Source: Acidobacteriota bacterium (GTDB taxonomy: Bacteria > Acidobacteriota > Blastocatellia > Chloracidobacteriales > Chloracidobacteriaceae). From it: a stretch of 64,000 nucleotides of DNA. Positions 9,120-18,902 of this stretch are shown here, piece by piece (the stretch's first letter is position 1; each line of letters starts with the position of its first letter). A model generated the notes under the pieces. It saw only the letters and a program-made list of their open reading frames with translations, ran no database searches and was not told the origin of the DNA. The DNA is taken from the NCBI GenBank assembly GCA_016208495.1, contig JACQXX010000072.1, forward strand, positions 1 to 64,000. Direction: 5' to 3'. Both the position numbers and the translations under genes were made by a program.

Positions 9120-9253
9120 ACTTTTGTTCTTGTAATACCATTTTGGAATGAAGCGGTCGTATTAGAAAACAGTCAAGTCATTCAATAAAATGAACTTAGT
9201 GAACTACTGACTACTGACTACTGACTACTGACTACAAACTGGTATAAGGAGAC
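9120..9253 (+). promoter_or_regulatory. Conserved gene-upstream element, copy A (ATACCATTTTGGAATGAAGCGGTCGTATTAGAAAACAGTCAAGTCATTCAA...GAACTA[CTGACTA]n CAAACTGGTATAAGGAG)
   Basis: The same 5' and 3' flanks, with a variable number of CTGACTA heptamers, recur at 23085-23200 and 56440-56560. Partial copies are at 1-82 and 47270-47300. All copies are oriented towards the downstream plus-strand gene. Confidence 0.5.
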
Positions 9254-9259
9254 GTGTCT

Positions 9260-9646
9260 ATGCCGCGAATTTGCCATTTTGAAATCCATGCCGAAAACCC
9301 CGAGCGAGCCATCACTTTTTACACCAGCGTGTTTGGCTGGAAATTCCAGCAGTGGGGAGACCAACCGTACTGGTTGATTGAAACCGGACCCAAAGGGCAA
9401 TCAGGCATTGATGGTGGATTACTGCCCCGCCACGGAGCGCCGCCGGTTGGCGGTGAGCCTGTGAATGCCTTTGTCTGCACGGTTGATGTTGATAACCTGG
9501 ATGCGTATAGTGCCAAAGTAACCGAACACGGTGCCACTCTGGCCGTCCCAAAAATGCCGATCCCGACGGTTGGCTGGCTGGCTTATTATAAAGACACCGA
9601 AGGCAATATTTTCGGGATGATGCAATCTGACCCCGAAGCCAAATAA
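9260..9646 (+). CDS. VOC-family protein (glyoxalase/bleomycin-resistance/dioxygenase fold)
   Basis: HFEIHAENPERAITFYTSVFGW...GNIFGMMQ is the typical VOC pattern. ATG 9260 is preceded by AAGGAG 7 nt upstream; the listed GTG at 9254 is a less likely start. Confidence 0.85.
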   Translation: MPRICHFEIHAENPERAITFYTSVFGWKFQQWGDQPYWLIETGPKGQSGIDGGLLPRHGAPPVGGEPVNAFVCTVDVDNLDAYSAKVTEHGATLAVPKMPIPTVGWLAYYKDTEGNIFGMMQSDPEAK

Positions 9647-9741
9647 CCAGGCCAAACCACGGAACCAGGAAAAACTCCAGTTCTTCTTTTGAAAAGAGAG
9701 GGGCTAACCCTGGGAGATGGTGTTTCCTCTGGTTCTTTCTT

Positions 9742-10095
9742 GTGAAGCTGGAAATGTTTGTCTCAGATCCATTGGATATTGTTCCCTCTGGCCAGCGATG
9801 GGCAACTGCCCGGCTGGTCCGCAAAGGATTGTTGTTTCGTGAAGTGCAGGTGATGACCCAGGAAGGCGAATTTTTGGTCACCTATGATGGGCGCGGGGCA
9901 GGATATGAATCAGTCTCCATCAACCAGTGTTTGGCCCAGCGCCAATCTTCGATGGCCTGGTTCGCTCCGGAGTTCTTTTTTACCCTTGGAATGTCAAAAG
10001 CAATGCTCAAGGTGAGGGTCTGGCCATGGCTGGGCTTTCGCTCATTTAAGCTCTGGATTGATGGTGAATGTGTGTATGGGGAAGGCTGGGAGTGA
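9742..10095 (+). CDS. Hypothetical protein (117 aa)
   Basis: The only support is that this ORF fills the gap between the VOC gene and the convergent acyltransferase gene. I see no recognisable motif. Confidence 0.3.
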   Translation: MKLEMFVSDPLDIVPSGQRWATARLVRKGLLFREVQVMTQEGEFLVTYDGRGAGYESVSINQCLAQRQSSMAWFAPEFFFTLGMSKAMLKVRVWPWLGFRSFKLWIDGECVYGEGWE

Positions 10096-10161
10096 CAGGT
10101 GACAAAATGACAAGGTGACAGAATGACACAGTGACTGATTGACAAGGAACGCCGGTTTTCT

Positions 10162-12006
10162 TCATTCAACCACGTTGTCATTTTTTGCACTGTGATACTG
10201 CAAGAATGCCTGGGTCTCTTGTTTTCCAAGATACCGTTCCAGGTTTCGGCGAGGCGTTTGGGTGAGATCAACCAGAATCAATCCATCCAGTGCCTGATGA
10301 AAGCCTGGATCAACATTAAATCCGAGGAGCTTGCCACCCAGCTTTAAATACTGACGGACCAGAACTGGAACTCCCTTGTGATCAGGTTCAAGCTGGCTGA
10401 TAAAGTCTGAAACAACATCAAGTGAACTCCCGATGGACTCAGCCCAAACAGCAAAATTTGAATTGCTGGTGATGGGTCGAAACGGATGTCGCGGCTGTAT
10501 CAGGGGGAAAATTTCTGGGAGGCTTTCATGTCGGGTCAGGTAGTGAACCAGCATCTGGCGCGATATTTCAGTGTAGTCCTGACTCATACTGACAGCGCCA
10601 AGCAGATATTTGTACTGTGGATTCTGGCAAACAAACGCCCCAATCCCTTTCCAGAGCAGGAGTAACGGACTGAACGATTTCTGGTATTCCGGACGGACAA
10701 ACGACCGGCCAAGCTCCAGCGCCTGAGGGAAATGCTGAAACAAGGTTTTTGAAAATCGAAACAGCGTCGAGGTGTACAGGCCCTTCACGCCCTTTGATTC
10801 AAGAATCTGATCAACTCTGGCCAGACGGTACGCGCCAACAACCTCGGATGTCCTTTGATTCCAGATAAATAAATGCGTGTAATGCTGGTCAAACCAATCC
10901 AGATCGAGTGCCAGTCCGGTGCCTTCGCCAGTCAGCCGAAACGTGAGTTCACGCAACCGGCCAATTTCTTGCATCACCCTGGGAATTTGGGCGAAAGGGG
11001 CCACATAGACGGCAAGTTCACCCGATTCGGCCAGCTTTTGGGATGTGTCAAGTTGATCAACTTCCAGGGCAAGCTGATCAGGAGCGAAACACTGGTTGGA
11101 AACTGGCCTGGGCTGGTGCTGAAACAACGACCACTGACTCAGTCCGGTGATCGAAGCCGGACGGAGTTGGTGTTTGAGGTGATAGGTCCGAAATCGAAGG
11201 TATTCAATCAGTTGCGAATCAGTTTCAAATCGGGTCAGGTGGTCAAATCCAATTGGTTTACCAATGGTGAACGATACTTCCGATTTTTGTTTGTTGAGGC
11301 ATTCCCGTGGAAGGAGCAAGGTTCGGAGCCGCGGATGAGCCAATCCAGCCACTTGAAACAGTCCTGAATTGCGGCCTTCAAAAAAAACTGGGACGACTCC
11401 CGCTTCTGATTTGCGAACCAATCGGGCAATGGTTGGGCTCCAGGGCGGGTCTAAAACGGACCGCTGGTCAAGTGTGAGGTGCGAGACTTCACCCGCCGGG
11501 AACACAATCAACGCACCTCCATCCCGGACCCATTGAATCGCCTGCCGAAGCGGCGCCAGGTTGTGACGTGGAGAATCTGTCGATCCAAAAGGATCAACAA
11601 AAATGCAGTGTGACCGAATTGGGGCAAAAGTACTGAGCAATGAATTGGCCATCAATTTGGCATCTGGCCGCTGCTCAAAAACCTGGCTGCACAAAATCAT
11701 GCCTTCAATGACACCAAAGGGATGGTTGGCGACAATCACCAGCGGGCCCGAAGGTAAAACTACAGATTGGGCCGAAGTGGCCTGATACTGAATCTTGAGC
11801 TGTGACAGTGCCTGATCGAAAAAATCTTTGGCGGAAACTTCAGGAGTGGCGGTCAGAATATGCTGGTAGTGATCAAAAATCTGATCCAGCGCAAGGACTT
11901 TTTTAAACAAACCACTCAGTGCGGGGGGCACGAGTGTGGAAACAGGTGGTGAGGGGAAGGCTTCAATTCGGGAAGCAAAGCTTGATGGGCGACTGCTCAC
12001 AGGCAA
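10162..12006 (-). CDS. Bifunctional acyltransferase, OlsF-like: N-terminal lysophospholipid acyltransferase (LPLAT/PlsC-like) domain plus C-terminal OlsB-type N-acyltransferase (hemolysin-like GNAT) domain
   Basis: The N-terminal half has IVANHPFGVIEG (HX4-5D/E-like box) and IVFPAGEVS (FPEG-type box). The C-terminal half has EVVGAYRLARVDQI...GRSFVRPEYQ, typical of the OlsB/Acetyltransf_5 family. Confidence 0.65.
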   Translation of the reverse strand: MPVSSRPSSFASRIEAFPSPPVSTLVPPALSGLFKKVLALDQIFDHYQHILTATPEVSAKDFFDQALSQLKIQYQATSAQSVVLPSGPLVIVANHPFGVIEGMILCSQVFEQRPDAKLMANSLLSTFAPIRSHCIFVDPFGSTDSPRHNLAPLRQAIQWVRDGGALIVFPAGEVSHLTLDQRSVLDPPWSPTIARLVRKSEAGVVPVFFEGRNSGLFQVAGLAHPRLRTLLLPRECLNKQKSEVSFTIGKPIGFDHLTRFETDSQLIEYLRFRTYHLKHQLRPASITGLSQWSLFQHQPRPVSNQCFAPDQLALEVDQLDTSQKLAESGELAVYVAPFAQIPRVMQEIGRLRELTFRLTGEGTGLALDLDWFDQHYTHLFIWNQRTSEVVGAYRLARVDQILESKGVKGLYTSTLFRFSKTLFQHFPQALELGRSFVRPEYQKSFSPLLLLWKGIGAFVCQNPQYKYLLGAVSMSQDYTEISRQMLVHYLTRHESLPEIFPLIQPRHPFRPITSNSNFAVWAESIGSSLDVVSDFISQLEPDHKGVPVLVRQYLKLGGKLLGFNVDPGFHQALDGLILVDLTQTPRRNLERYLGKQETQAFLQYHSAKNDNVVE

Positions 12007-12114
12007 GATCCTCCGGCTTGGGCATTCAACTTTGAAACCAATGCCGAGTGTGACCTGAAAGCGTTACACCTCTGAGGCTGAACCTTTAAGTTTGTGTGAG
12101 GTTGGTGTTACGGA

Positions 12115-12215
12115 ATGAAGAATGAAAAAAATATTTAGTGGTTAGTGGTTAGTGGTTAGAACTCAATACTTTCCAAGAACCAGGAACCAACCGCTAACCA
12201 CATTCTTCATTCTTC
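12115..12215. repeat. Nested inverted tandem repeats: GAAGAATGAA ... (GTGGTTAGTGG)x3 ... CTAACCAC ... TTCATTCTTC
   Basis: Direct reading, in the intergenic region between convergent genes. Confidence 0.85.
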
Positions 12216-12216
12216 G

Positions 12217-12828
12217 TCAGGTGATGACGCGCAGATAGCTCCAGCCGCCGGTCAAAAGGTCTTCTTCAGAAAGACCGTCTTCGGCGCTGCCAGGAATGAC
12301 AAAAACACCGTCGGCCAGAATGGTTTCAGGATCTAAGTACAACAATCCATCGAGCAAACTGCGGAGGGTTTCGCGCCGCCAGTAGAGTGTTTCTTCTGAA
12401 ACATTCGCTGGTGGGTAGGGCTCGGTGAGGTGGAAAATCAGCGTCACCGCAACATAGTCTTTGGACTTTGAGAGGCGGCGCATGCCGTCTACGTCGTGGT
12501 CGAGTTCTTCGTGTTCAGTCGCGGTGTTGGCGGAAAGCTCAGTCGCCCAGGTATTAAATTCGGTTTCAGATTCCGTGTGGTCAGTTTTGTAATCCCAGAA
12601 AAGCTGGCTCCAATAGGGCTCCTGTTCCATCAGGAGTGCGATAATGCGTTTGATGTATCGCCGTTTCGCTTCAACATCTTCCAGCGTTCCATCCGGATCA
12701 GAAATCACACGGGCGAATTTGGCCCGGAGGGTGTCTTCGCCAAAGGCGCGAATCACGACTTGAATGCCAAGAAAGTAGCTTTGTTCGCCACCGCCAAAAA
12801 TACGAGAAAACCAGGATCGTCGAGTCAT
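12217..12828 (-). CDS. Hypothetical protein (203 aa)
   Basis: The ORF has a clean start and codon usage consistent with its neighbours. I recognise no family. Confidence 0.55.
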   Translation of the reverse strand: MTRRSWFSRIFGGGEQSYFLGIQVVIRAFGEDTLRAKFARVISDPDGTLEDVEAKRRYIKRIIALLMEQEPYWSQLFWDYKTDHTESETEFNTWATELSANTATEHEELDHDVDGMRRLSKSKDYVAVTLIFHLTEPYPPANVSEETLYWRRETLRSLLDGLLYLDPETILADGVFVIPGSAEDGLSEEDLLTGGWSYLRVIT

Positions 12829-13104
12829 AATTTTGAGGGTTCAGGGTTCAGGGTTCAGGGTTCAGGGAAAATACAACTCTTTCAGCGAGTTCGCCTTTTT
12901 ACCACAGCGGCCATAGTGGTTCACAGCGGCAAATTGAGTTTCCATGGATGACTTTCACCATTTGGAGATTTCCCAGGTGACGCTTTTTCCTGAGCCGGAT
13001 GATTGATCAGGCTCAGGAAAAGCTGCCAGACAGGTTGGAGGTTGAATAGGGCTTGCCGAAAATTGACGTTTTGATCAAGATCTGAATTGGCAAACCTTTT
13101 AGAA

Positions 13105-15666
13105 TCAAAGAATACCTGGACTTCGAAATTGACCGATGGAACTACCCGTTCCACCCAGCAATTGACCTGTCCCTGCCGGTAACGGGAGAGCCAGAAGGCG
13201 ATTGTTCCCTGTATCGCTGACAAACAGAATGCTGGTGTTGGCCAGTGGTCCAGTGATAAAGAAAGCTGGTTTGATACCTTCGGGGAGTCGCACCTGATTC
13301 AAGCCATTGCCAGTGCTGGCCAGGATGGTGGCTGTTCCTCCGCCAGACGGGATCATCTGAATCCGGTTATTCATCGTGTCGGCGACATAGATATTGCCGG
13401 CAAAGTCGGTGGCAACGCCTTTCGGACCTCTCACCTGACCGGGTGAAGTCCCTGCGATGGCAATAATGGTAGCCGTGGGCGAGGTGGTTGGGGTGGAGAT
13501 TCGCTGAATTCGGTTGTTGATTGTGTCGGCAACAATCAGGTCACCGGTAATTGTGATGGTCAAGCCTGACGGTCCCCGGACCTGACCGGTAGCGCTTCCT
13601 GATGCTGCCACGACCAATGGAATGCCCGGTGTCCCTCCAATAAAACAGAGCACCCGGTTGTTGCCAGTGTCGGCGACAAAACAATTACCTTCAGCATCCA
13701 GTACCACTCCCTGAGGGGCCTTGACCTGAGATGAACTGGTGAGAACTGACCAGCTTTGTCCGCCATCGGTTGATTTCTGAACCCGATTGTTCCCCGTGTC
13801 AGCAACAAAAATGGTGAGGCCATCGGGACTGATGGCTGTACTCTTGGGATTTCGGAATTTTCCAGGTGTTGATCCGACGCCAAAGCCGACCAGTGAGAAG
13901 TTCTGACCATCAAAGCTCTGAACCCGATTGTTAAGCGTGTCAGCAACCAGCAGGCCATTATTGGAAGCTTCAGTGAAGGATGCTGAGAGGGAGACAAAAA
14001 CATCAGATCCAGGGTTGAGGTGGTTGAATATCAGATTGGTTGCATTGCCTGAAAAGGCCGCCGCCCGGCCATCGCTGCTGATAGTGGGTGGGCGGAAGCC
14101 ACCACTGTCGCTATCACCCGTGATCAAAGGGGATGCGGTGGTGTGAGAAACAAGGGTTGTTTCACCCACGAGCCGGTCAAAAATGAAAATATCCGACACC
14201 CCGTTTACATCGGTTAACCCGGATACCAGATCTGTTGCCTGGCTCCGAAAAACAATAAACTGCCCGGAAGCGCTGACACCTGGTCCATCTGACTGGAAAT
14301 TTCCTGTTGTTGTCATCGAACCGTTTGAACCGCTGACCAGTCGAGTTGTTCCCGCAATCAGGTCAAACAAAAAGATATCGGTAAAACCATTCGGGTCGGT
14401 TTGGCCAGTGACAAGATTGGTTGCCTGGGATTGAAAGACGATAAACTGCCCGGTAGCGCTGATGACTGGCATTTCAGAGGATCCATCTCCAGTCATGGTT
14501 GTTGATCCGTTGACTCCACTGACCAGCCGTAGCAGCCCATTGGTTTGGTTAAATACAAACACATCATTTCCAACCAGGTTGAAATCTGTCTGTCCAGTAA
14601 CCAGGTTGTCAGCCGTGCTTTGGAAGGCAATAAATTTTCCATCAGCACTAATGACCGGGTTGAGTGAGCTTCCATTTCCGGTTGTGGTTGGTGACGCCGG
14701 CACATGACTGGCCAGTTGGGTAAGTCCAGTCGTTTGGTTGAAGACAAAGATATCGAAACTTCCAATGGAATCAATTTGCCCAGTGACGAGGTCATCAGCG
14801 AGGCTTTCAAAGGTAATGATATTTCCATCAGCACTGATAGATGGATTTTGGGAAACTGCATTTCCGGTCACTGTGCTTGACCCTCCCGCGCTGCTTACCA
14901 GGCGGGTTGTCCCTGTATTCAGGTTAAAAAGAAATACGTCATTGCCAAAGGTATCACTCTGTCCAACCACAAGATTGGTGGAAGAGCTTTCAAAGGCAAT
15001 GAATTGCCCGCCAGCACTTATAACTGCCTGTGGGCCGGAGCCTGCATCACCAGTGAGCGTGGTTGATCCATTGACACCGCTGACGAGGCGTGTGGCACCT
15101 GTTATCTGGTCAAACAGGAACACATCATAGTTGGCGTTTGTATCGGTTTGGTTGGTGACCAGATTGGTGCTGGTGCTGTAAAAGACGATATAGCGTCCGT
15201 CAGCGCTTTGGGACAACCCAATTGAGTCGCCGTCGCCAGTGGTAGTTACAGAACCATTGATTCCACTTGCGAGCCTGGTTGTATTGGTAACACGATCATA
15301 AATAAACACATCATTGGAATTGTTGGTGTCTATCTGACCAGGAACCAGGTTTGTCGCAAGGCTTGAAAAGATCGTAAACCGACCATCCTGGTTCAAGGTG
15401 GTTTTTCCTACCAAACCACTGTCGCCGATTGCCACCATTCCAGCCGTTGCCGCTGAGGCAATCATCACTGAAGTGTTAATGTGGGACTGAGGTTGGATCG
15501 TGAGCCGATTTTTGGTTTCAACCGAGCCAGTCTTTACGGTGATTTGGGGGAATGCTCCAGCTTGAGCAATGCCAAAAAAGCTGAACTGTCCAGTTACAAA
15601 TTGAAAAAGAACTCCAATTGTCAAAGCACAAAACAGGCTCTGACGGAAATGTTTGTCAAAGTACAT
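13105..15666 (-). CDS. Secreted beta-propeller repeat protein: ~14 TolB/PD40-like repeats followed by C-terminal NHL repeats
   Basis: It has an N-terminal signal peptide. There are many copies of LVSGVNGSTT(M/L)TGDxxSxxP(V/S)ISAxGQFIxFxSxATNLVxGQTDxNxxxDVFLF. C-terminal DTGNNRVQ / DTMNNRIQ / DTINNRIQ motifs are NHL-type. Confidence 0.8.
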   Translation of the reverse strand: MYFDKHFRQSLFCALTIGVLFQFVTGQFSFFGIAQAGAFPQITVKTGSVETKNRLTIQPQSHINTSVMIASAATAGMVAIGDSGLVGKTTLNQDGRFTIFSSLATNLVPGQIDTNNSNDVFIYDRVTNTTRLASGINGSVTTTGDGDSIGLSQSADGRYIVFYSTSTNLVTNQTDTNANYDVFLFDQITGATRLVSGVNGSTTLTGDAGSGPQAVISAGGQFIAFESSSTNLVVGQSDTFGNDVFLFNLNTGTTRLVSSAGGSSTVTGNAVSQNPSISADGNIITFESLADDLVTGQIDSIGSFDIFVFNQTTGLTQLASHVPASPTTTGNGSSLNPVISADGKFIAFQSTADNLVTGQTDFNLVGNDVFVFNQTNGLLRLVSGVNGSTTMTGDGSSEMPVISATGQFIVFQSQATNLVTGQTDPNGFTDIFLFDLIAGTTRLVSGSNGSMTTTGNFQSDGPGVSASGQFIVFRSQATDLVSGLTDVNGVSDIFIFDRLVGETTLVSHTTASPLITGDSDSGGFRPPTISSDGRAAAFSGNATNLIFNHLNPGSDVFVSLSASFTEASNNGLLVADTLNNRVQSFDGQNFSLVGFGVGSTPGKFRNPKSTAISPDGLTIFVADTGNNRVQKSTDGGQSWSVLTSSSQVKAPQGVVLDAEGNCFVADTGNNRVLCFIGGTPGIPLVVAASGSATGQVRGPSGLTITITGDLIVADTINNRIQRISTPTTSPTATIIAIAGTSPGQVRGPKGVATDFAGNIYVADTMNNRIQMIPSGGGTATILASTGNGLNQVRLPEGIKPAFFITGPLANTSILFVSDTGNNRLLALPLPAGTGQLLGGTGSSIGQFRSPGIL

Positions 15667-16105
15667 ACAGATTCCTCAAAAATTTTCTATTTTTTGCGAA
15701 CCGGCGAACCATACACCCGAGGAAACGGAATAACCGTTTACAACACTCCAGCCGAGATCCAGCCCAATACAGGTTTTTCTGCTCCAGGCATTATTTTGCA
15801 AGAGCAAAAGCACTGGCAGACAGGTTCTGGTCAAAAGATTGGAAGCTAGTTTTCAGGAACGGGTTCGATGGGATACTGGCTGGAGTTAAGAGGATGGAAA
15901 GAAAAATTTTTCCAACGGTGACACAACTACGGGGCAGAAAATACAATTGGATGACTTGATTGGTCAGAAACTCTGGATGATGGTGTGCTGGCAAAAAAGA
16001 ATGACCGCCGTCAGTTATTGAAAGCAACAAAATCGCTGACCAAAAGTGGTTAAGGATGTCGTTGTGCCTGTAAATCCACAACTGAATCGAAAAGGAATGT
16101 AGCCT

Positions 16106-17392
16106 ATGAACCCCAAACACCTGATTTGGATTGGAATTGGATTGAGCCTGGTCGTGGGGCTGACATTTGGCACGCCAACTGAATGTGCATCGCCTGGAAA
16201 ACCATGGAAACAAACAAATTCTGCCTGGACAGTGGTACCCGATACCGGGTTTTCAGTTCCTGGAGCGACCCCCAATGTGGGCTGGGTTGATAACCAGGTG
16301 TGGCTGGTTGTTGGGACACGGGAAGGGCAGCGGCTGTACCGGTCAACTGACGGCACCAATAAAACCCAGGCTGAACCCATTGGTGGGCTGAATGTTTCGC
16401 TCACCGGCACCGATTTTGTCCCGACTGAAACCGTGCCTCGGGAAGCCGCCGATGGCACCAACGAACTGTATGTACTGGGGCTTGGGCGACCAGAGACGAA
16501 CTCGGCTGTTCTGTTTCGGTTGCGTGACACTGGGCAGGGGCAGTTTGTCAGGTCACCGGAAGCCGCCGTGTATCGGGGTTCTGAGGCTGATAAAAATTTT
16601 ATCGGAGTTCCAGACGTCTATCCGGCCCCAGATGGCTCGCTCCGGCTGGTTTATGTGGCGCGAGGTTCGTCAGTGAATTCCAACACCGCGCTTTCCACCG
16701 ATGGCGGTGCCTCATTTCAATTCGAATTCAATAACCCATTTCAAGACTATGGATTGCCGTTGTCAGCCCAGACCAACAACGTGGATCCCGCCGTGGTCAA
16801 ACTGGCCAGCGGCAGCTATCTGGCCGTCACGATGCGGGCGACCAAATTGTATCTGTTCAGCAGTTTGAACGGGCGCGAGTTCACGCCCGTGGATATGCCT
16901 GCACTTGAAGGCTCACTCTTTGGCAGTGCCTCGCTGGGGTTTTTTGACCCGACACTGGTGCAACTTCCGGATGGGAAAGTTCTGATGTTTGTCACCCTGG
17001 GAGATTTTCGGTCGCCGGGAAATGAAAAAGTGGTGCGATTTGTCCTGACTCAAAATCAGTCCAGTTCCTTGCCGCCACAGGTTCAGGTCCTTTCGCCCAA
17101 CGGCGGCGAGAAAGTCAGGGCGGGGCAAAGCCTGCAAATTCAGTGGCAGGCAACCGATGACACGGTGCTTGCCAGCCACGACATCATGCTTTCGACGGAT
17201 GCCGGCGCCAGTTTCCCAACCGTGCTGGTCAGTGGGTTACCAGCCGATGCACGTGAATTTGTATTTGTCGTTCCTACCAATCAGTCGAAGACCAAAACCG
17301 CCCGCATCCGGGTTGTTTCAGTGGATACCGACGGGAATCGCGGTCAGGATGAAAGCGACGGGAATTTTCGGATTGCGAAAAAACGGGGCTGA
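16106..17392 (+). CDS. Secreted BNR/Asp-box repeat protein (sialidase-like beta-propeller fold, function unknown)
   Basis: It has a signal peptide and Asp-box-like motifs STDGGASF and STDAGASF. The RBS AAAGGA is 8 nt upstream. Confidence 0.65.
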   Translation: MNPKHLIWIGIGLSLVVGLTFGTPTECASPGKPWKQTNSAWTVVPDTGFSVPGATPNVGWVDNQVWLVVGTREGQRLYRSTDGTNKTQAEPIGGLNVSLTGTDFVPTETVPREAADGTNELYVLGLGRPETNSAVLFRLRDTGQGQFVRSPEAAVYRGSEADKNFIGVPDVYPAPDGSLRLVYVARGSSVNSNTALSTDGGASFQFEFNNPFQDYGLPLSAQTNNVDPAVVKLASGSYLAVTMRATKLYLFSSLNGREFTPVDMPALEGSLFGSASLGFFDPTLVQLPDGKVLMFVTLGDFRSPGNEKVVRFVLTQNQSSSLPPQVQVLSPNGGEKVRAGQSLQIQWQATDDTVLASHDIMLSTDAGASFPTVLVSGLPADAREFVFVVPTNQSKTKTARIRVVSVDTDGNRGQDESDGNFRIAKKRG

Positions 17393-17507
17393 AGAAGGCG
17401 GGCTTGGGGCTGAAGACTCGCAAGCTCGGGGCTGAAGAGGTTGGGTCAGTATTCAACCCGTTTTCTTCAGCCCCCAGCCCTGAGCCCGAAGTCTTCAGCC
17501 CTCATCC
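17393..17507. repeat. Inverted arrays of the GGCTGAAGA / TCTTCAGCC unit
   Basis: Direct reading. Confidence 0.85.
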
Positions 17508-18902
17508 TCAGCTTCCCGAATATCCGCCCCGTCCAAACGAGCCGGACCGGTTGGGTGAATAATATCCAGAGCGTCCAGCCCTGGTTCCAGCCAGTCCGCC
17601 TGATGGGTTGACGCGAACGGTGGTTCGTCCAAACCCGCTTGGTTTGGCTCTCCCAACCCCATAATTTGACCCAAGTCGTGAGCCGGCAAACATGGTGGGT
17701 CGCCGAACCGGCGCATATGTCGGCGGGGCGACCGGTGGGCGAAGGTTCGGTGTCGCTCGTGGCAACGTCCGGGCGTAGGCTGGCGTGGGTACATACAATG
17801 GATAGACCAGGAAAAAGAACCCGTGGCTGGTCGGCGCGCCGCCATAGTAATAATGCCGTTCTGCCACGGTTTGTTTTGACCCATCCGGCAGTTGTTTGAC
17901 CACCTGTTCGTCAAGCGGGGTGAAATCAGACAGCGGCAACATGGCGATGGTCAGTCCGTTGTCTTTGAAGTCCACAAACTCTTCGTTCAGGTCGTCAAGT
18001 TCCGTGGTTCGGGTTCGGTCCGGCGTGAGATAGACCAGCGATTTGATGCCGTTTTCCTTTAACTTCTGGGCTGACGGCACTTTGGCCAGATAGCGATTGT
18101 CAAACTGGGTGTCGGCGTCTTTGTAGGGGGCCAGCCGGTTGGAATCGAGCAAAAACACCACCGGAGCATCTGCCGGAAGTGCCGCCTGTTTGGTCTGGAT
18201 TTCCCTGGCGTAATAGAGCATCGCACCCAGAGTTTCGTGCGAAGGGGTGACTCCAAGTGGATGCGGAAAATTGTCAAACGTCGTCACCAGGCGGGCTTTG
18301 TCGGCCAGTCCGGCGCCAAATGCGACGGCATCCCGTCCCGGCAGGTCGGCAATCAGGGCCGTTTCATTTCGGTTTTGGGCGTTTTCCAGAAAATCCTTCC
18401 CGATGGTTTGACCGCGCTGGTAGCTTTCTTCCATGTCGGGAGTTGAAATCGGGTGCAACTGCCCCCGGAGCGTGTCAAATTTGAGCGACTGGATCAGCGT
18501 CGGCACAAAAAACGGCGCCCAGGCTGGCGACGCTGGTTGAAAAGCGCCCAGCATGGCATTGAAGTCAAGATAGTGCTTCCACTCCTCGGTTTTGAGTGAG
18601 TCCTGGAGCTGGATTCCCGTCAAGGTCAATGGTTTATCTTCCGAGCCAAGATTCCAGCCATGTTTTTGCTGCAATGCCAGCGAGTCATCATCAATTTCAC
18701 TGGTGTCATCACGAAGCAGCCAGTACGCTCCAACTCCCGTCAGCCCCAGTGCGGCAACGCTGCCACCAATGATGAATTTTCGACGTGAGGTGGACCACCA
18801 GCCTTGTGATTGACCGTCAGGAAGTTGCTGGCGGCGGCGAAAAACTCGACCAAAGGCTCCTGGTCCGGATGAAGATTGATTGTCGTCTGCCACGATTGAC
18901 AT
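17508..18902 (-). CDS. TAT-signal protein of unknown function with a Gly/Ser/Arg-rich C-terminal tail
   Basis: It has a twin-arginine motif SRRKFIIGGSVAALGLTGVGA. Its ATG overlaps the upstream gene's stop codon by 1 nt (TAATG). The C-terminal ~60 aa are low-complexity GRxGxS. Confidence 0.6.
   Translation of the reverse strand: MSIVADDNQSSSGPGAFGRVFRRRQQLPDGQSQGWWSTSRRKFIIGGSVAALGLTGVGAYWLLRDDTSEIDDDSLALQQKHGWNLGSEDKPLTLTGIQLQDSLKTEEWKHYLDFNAMLGAFQPASPAWAPFFVPTLIQSLKFDTLRGQLHPISTPDMEESYQRGQTIGKDFLENAQNRNETALIADLPGRDAVAFGAGLADKARLVTTFDNFPHPLGVTPSHETLGAMLYYAREIQTKQAALPADAPVVFLLDSNRLAPYKDADTQFDNRYLAKVPSAQKLKENGIKSLVYLTPDRTRTTELDDLNEEFVDFKDNGLTIAMLPLSDFTPLDEQVVKQLPDGSKQTVAERHYYYGGAPTSHGFFFLVYPLYVPTPAYARTLPRATPNLRPPVAPPTYAPVRRPTMFAGSRLGSNYGVGRAKPSGFGRTTVRVNPSGGLAGTRAGRSGYYSPNRSGSFGRGGYSGS

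Noticed and set aside
9247-9253. Reading TGGTATAAG at the 3' end of the conserved upstream element as a definitive extended -10 promoter
   Set aside because: In copy A the same bases form the Shine-Dalgarno (TAAGGAG) 7 nt before the ATG. A -10 there would give a leaderless transcript lacking that SD. The promoter role is left as a hypothesis, not a call.
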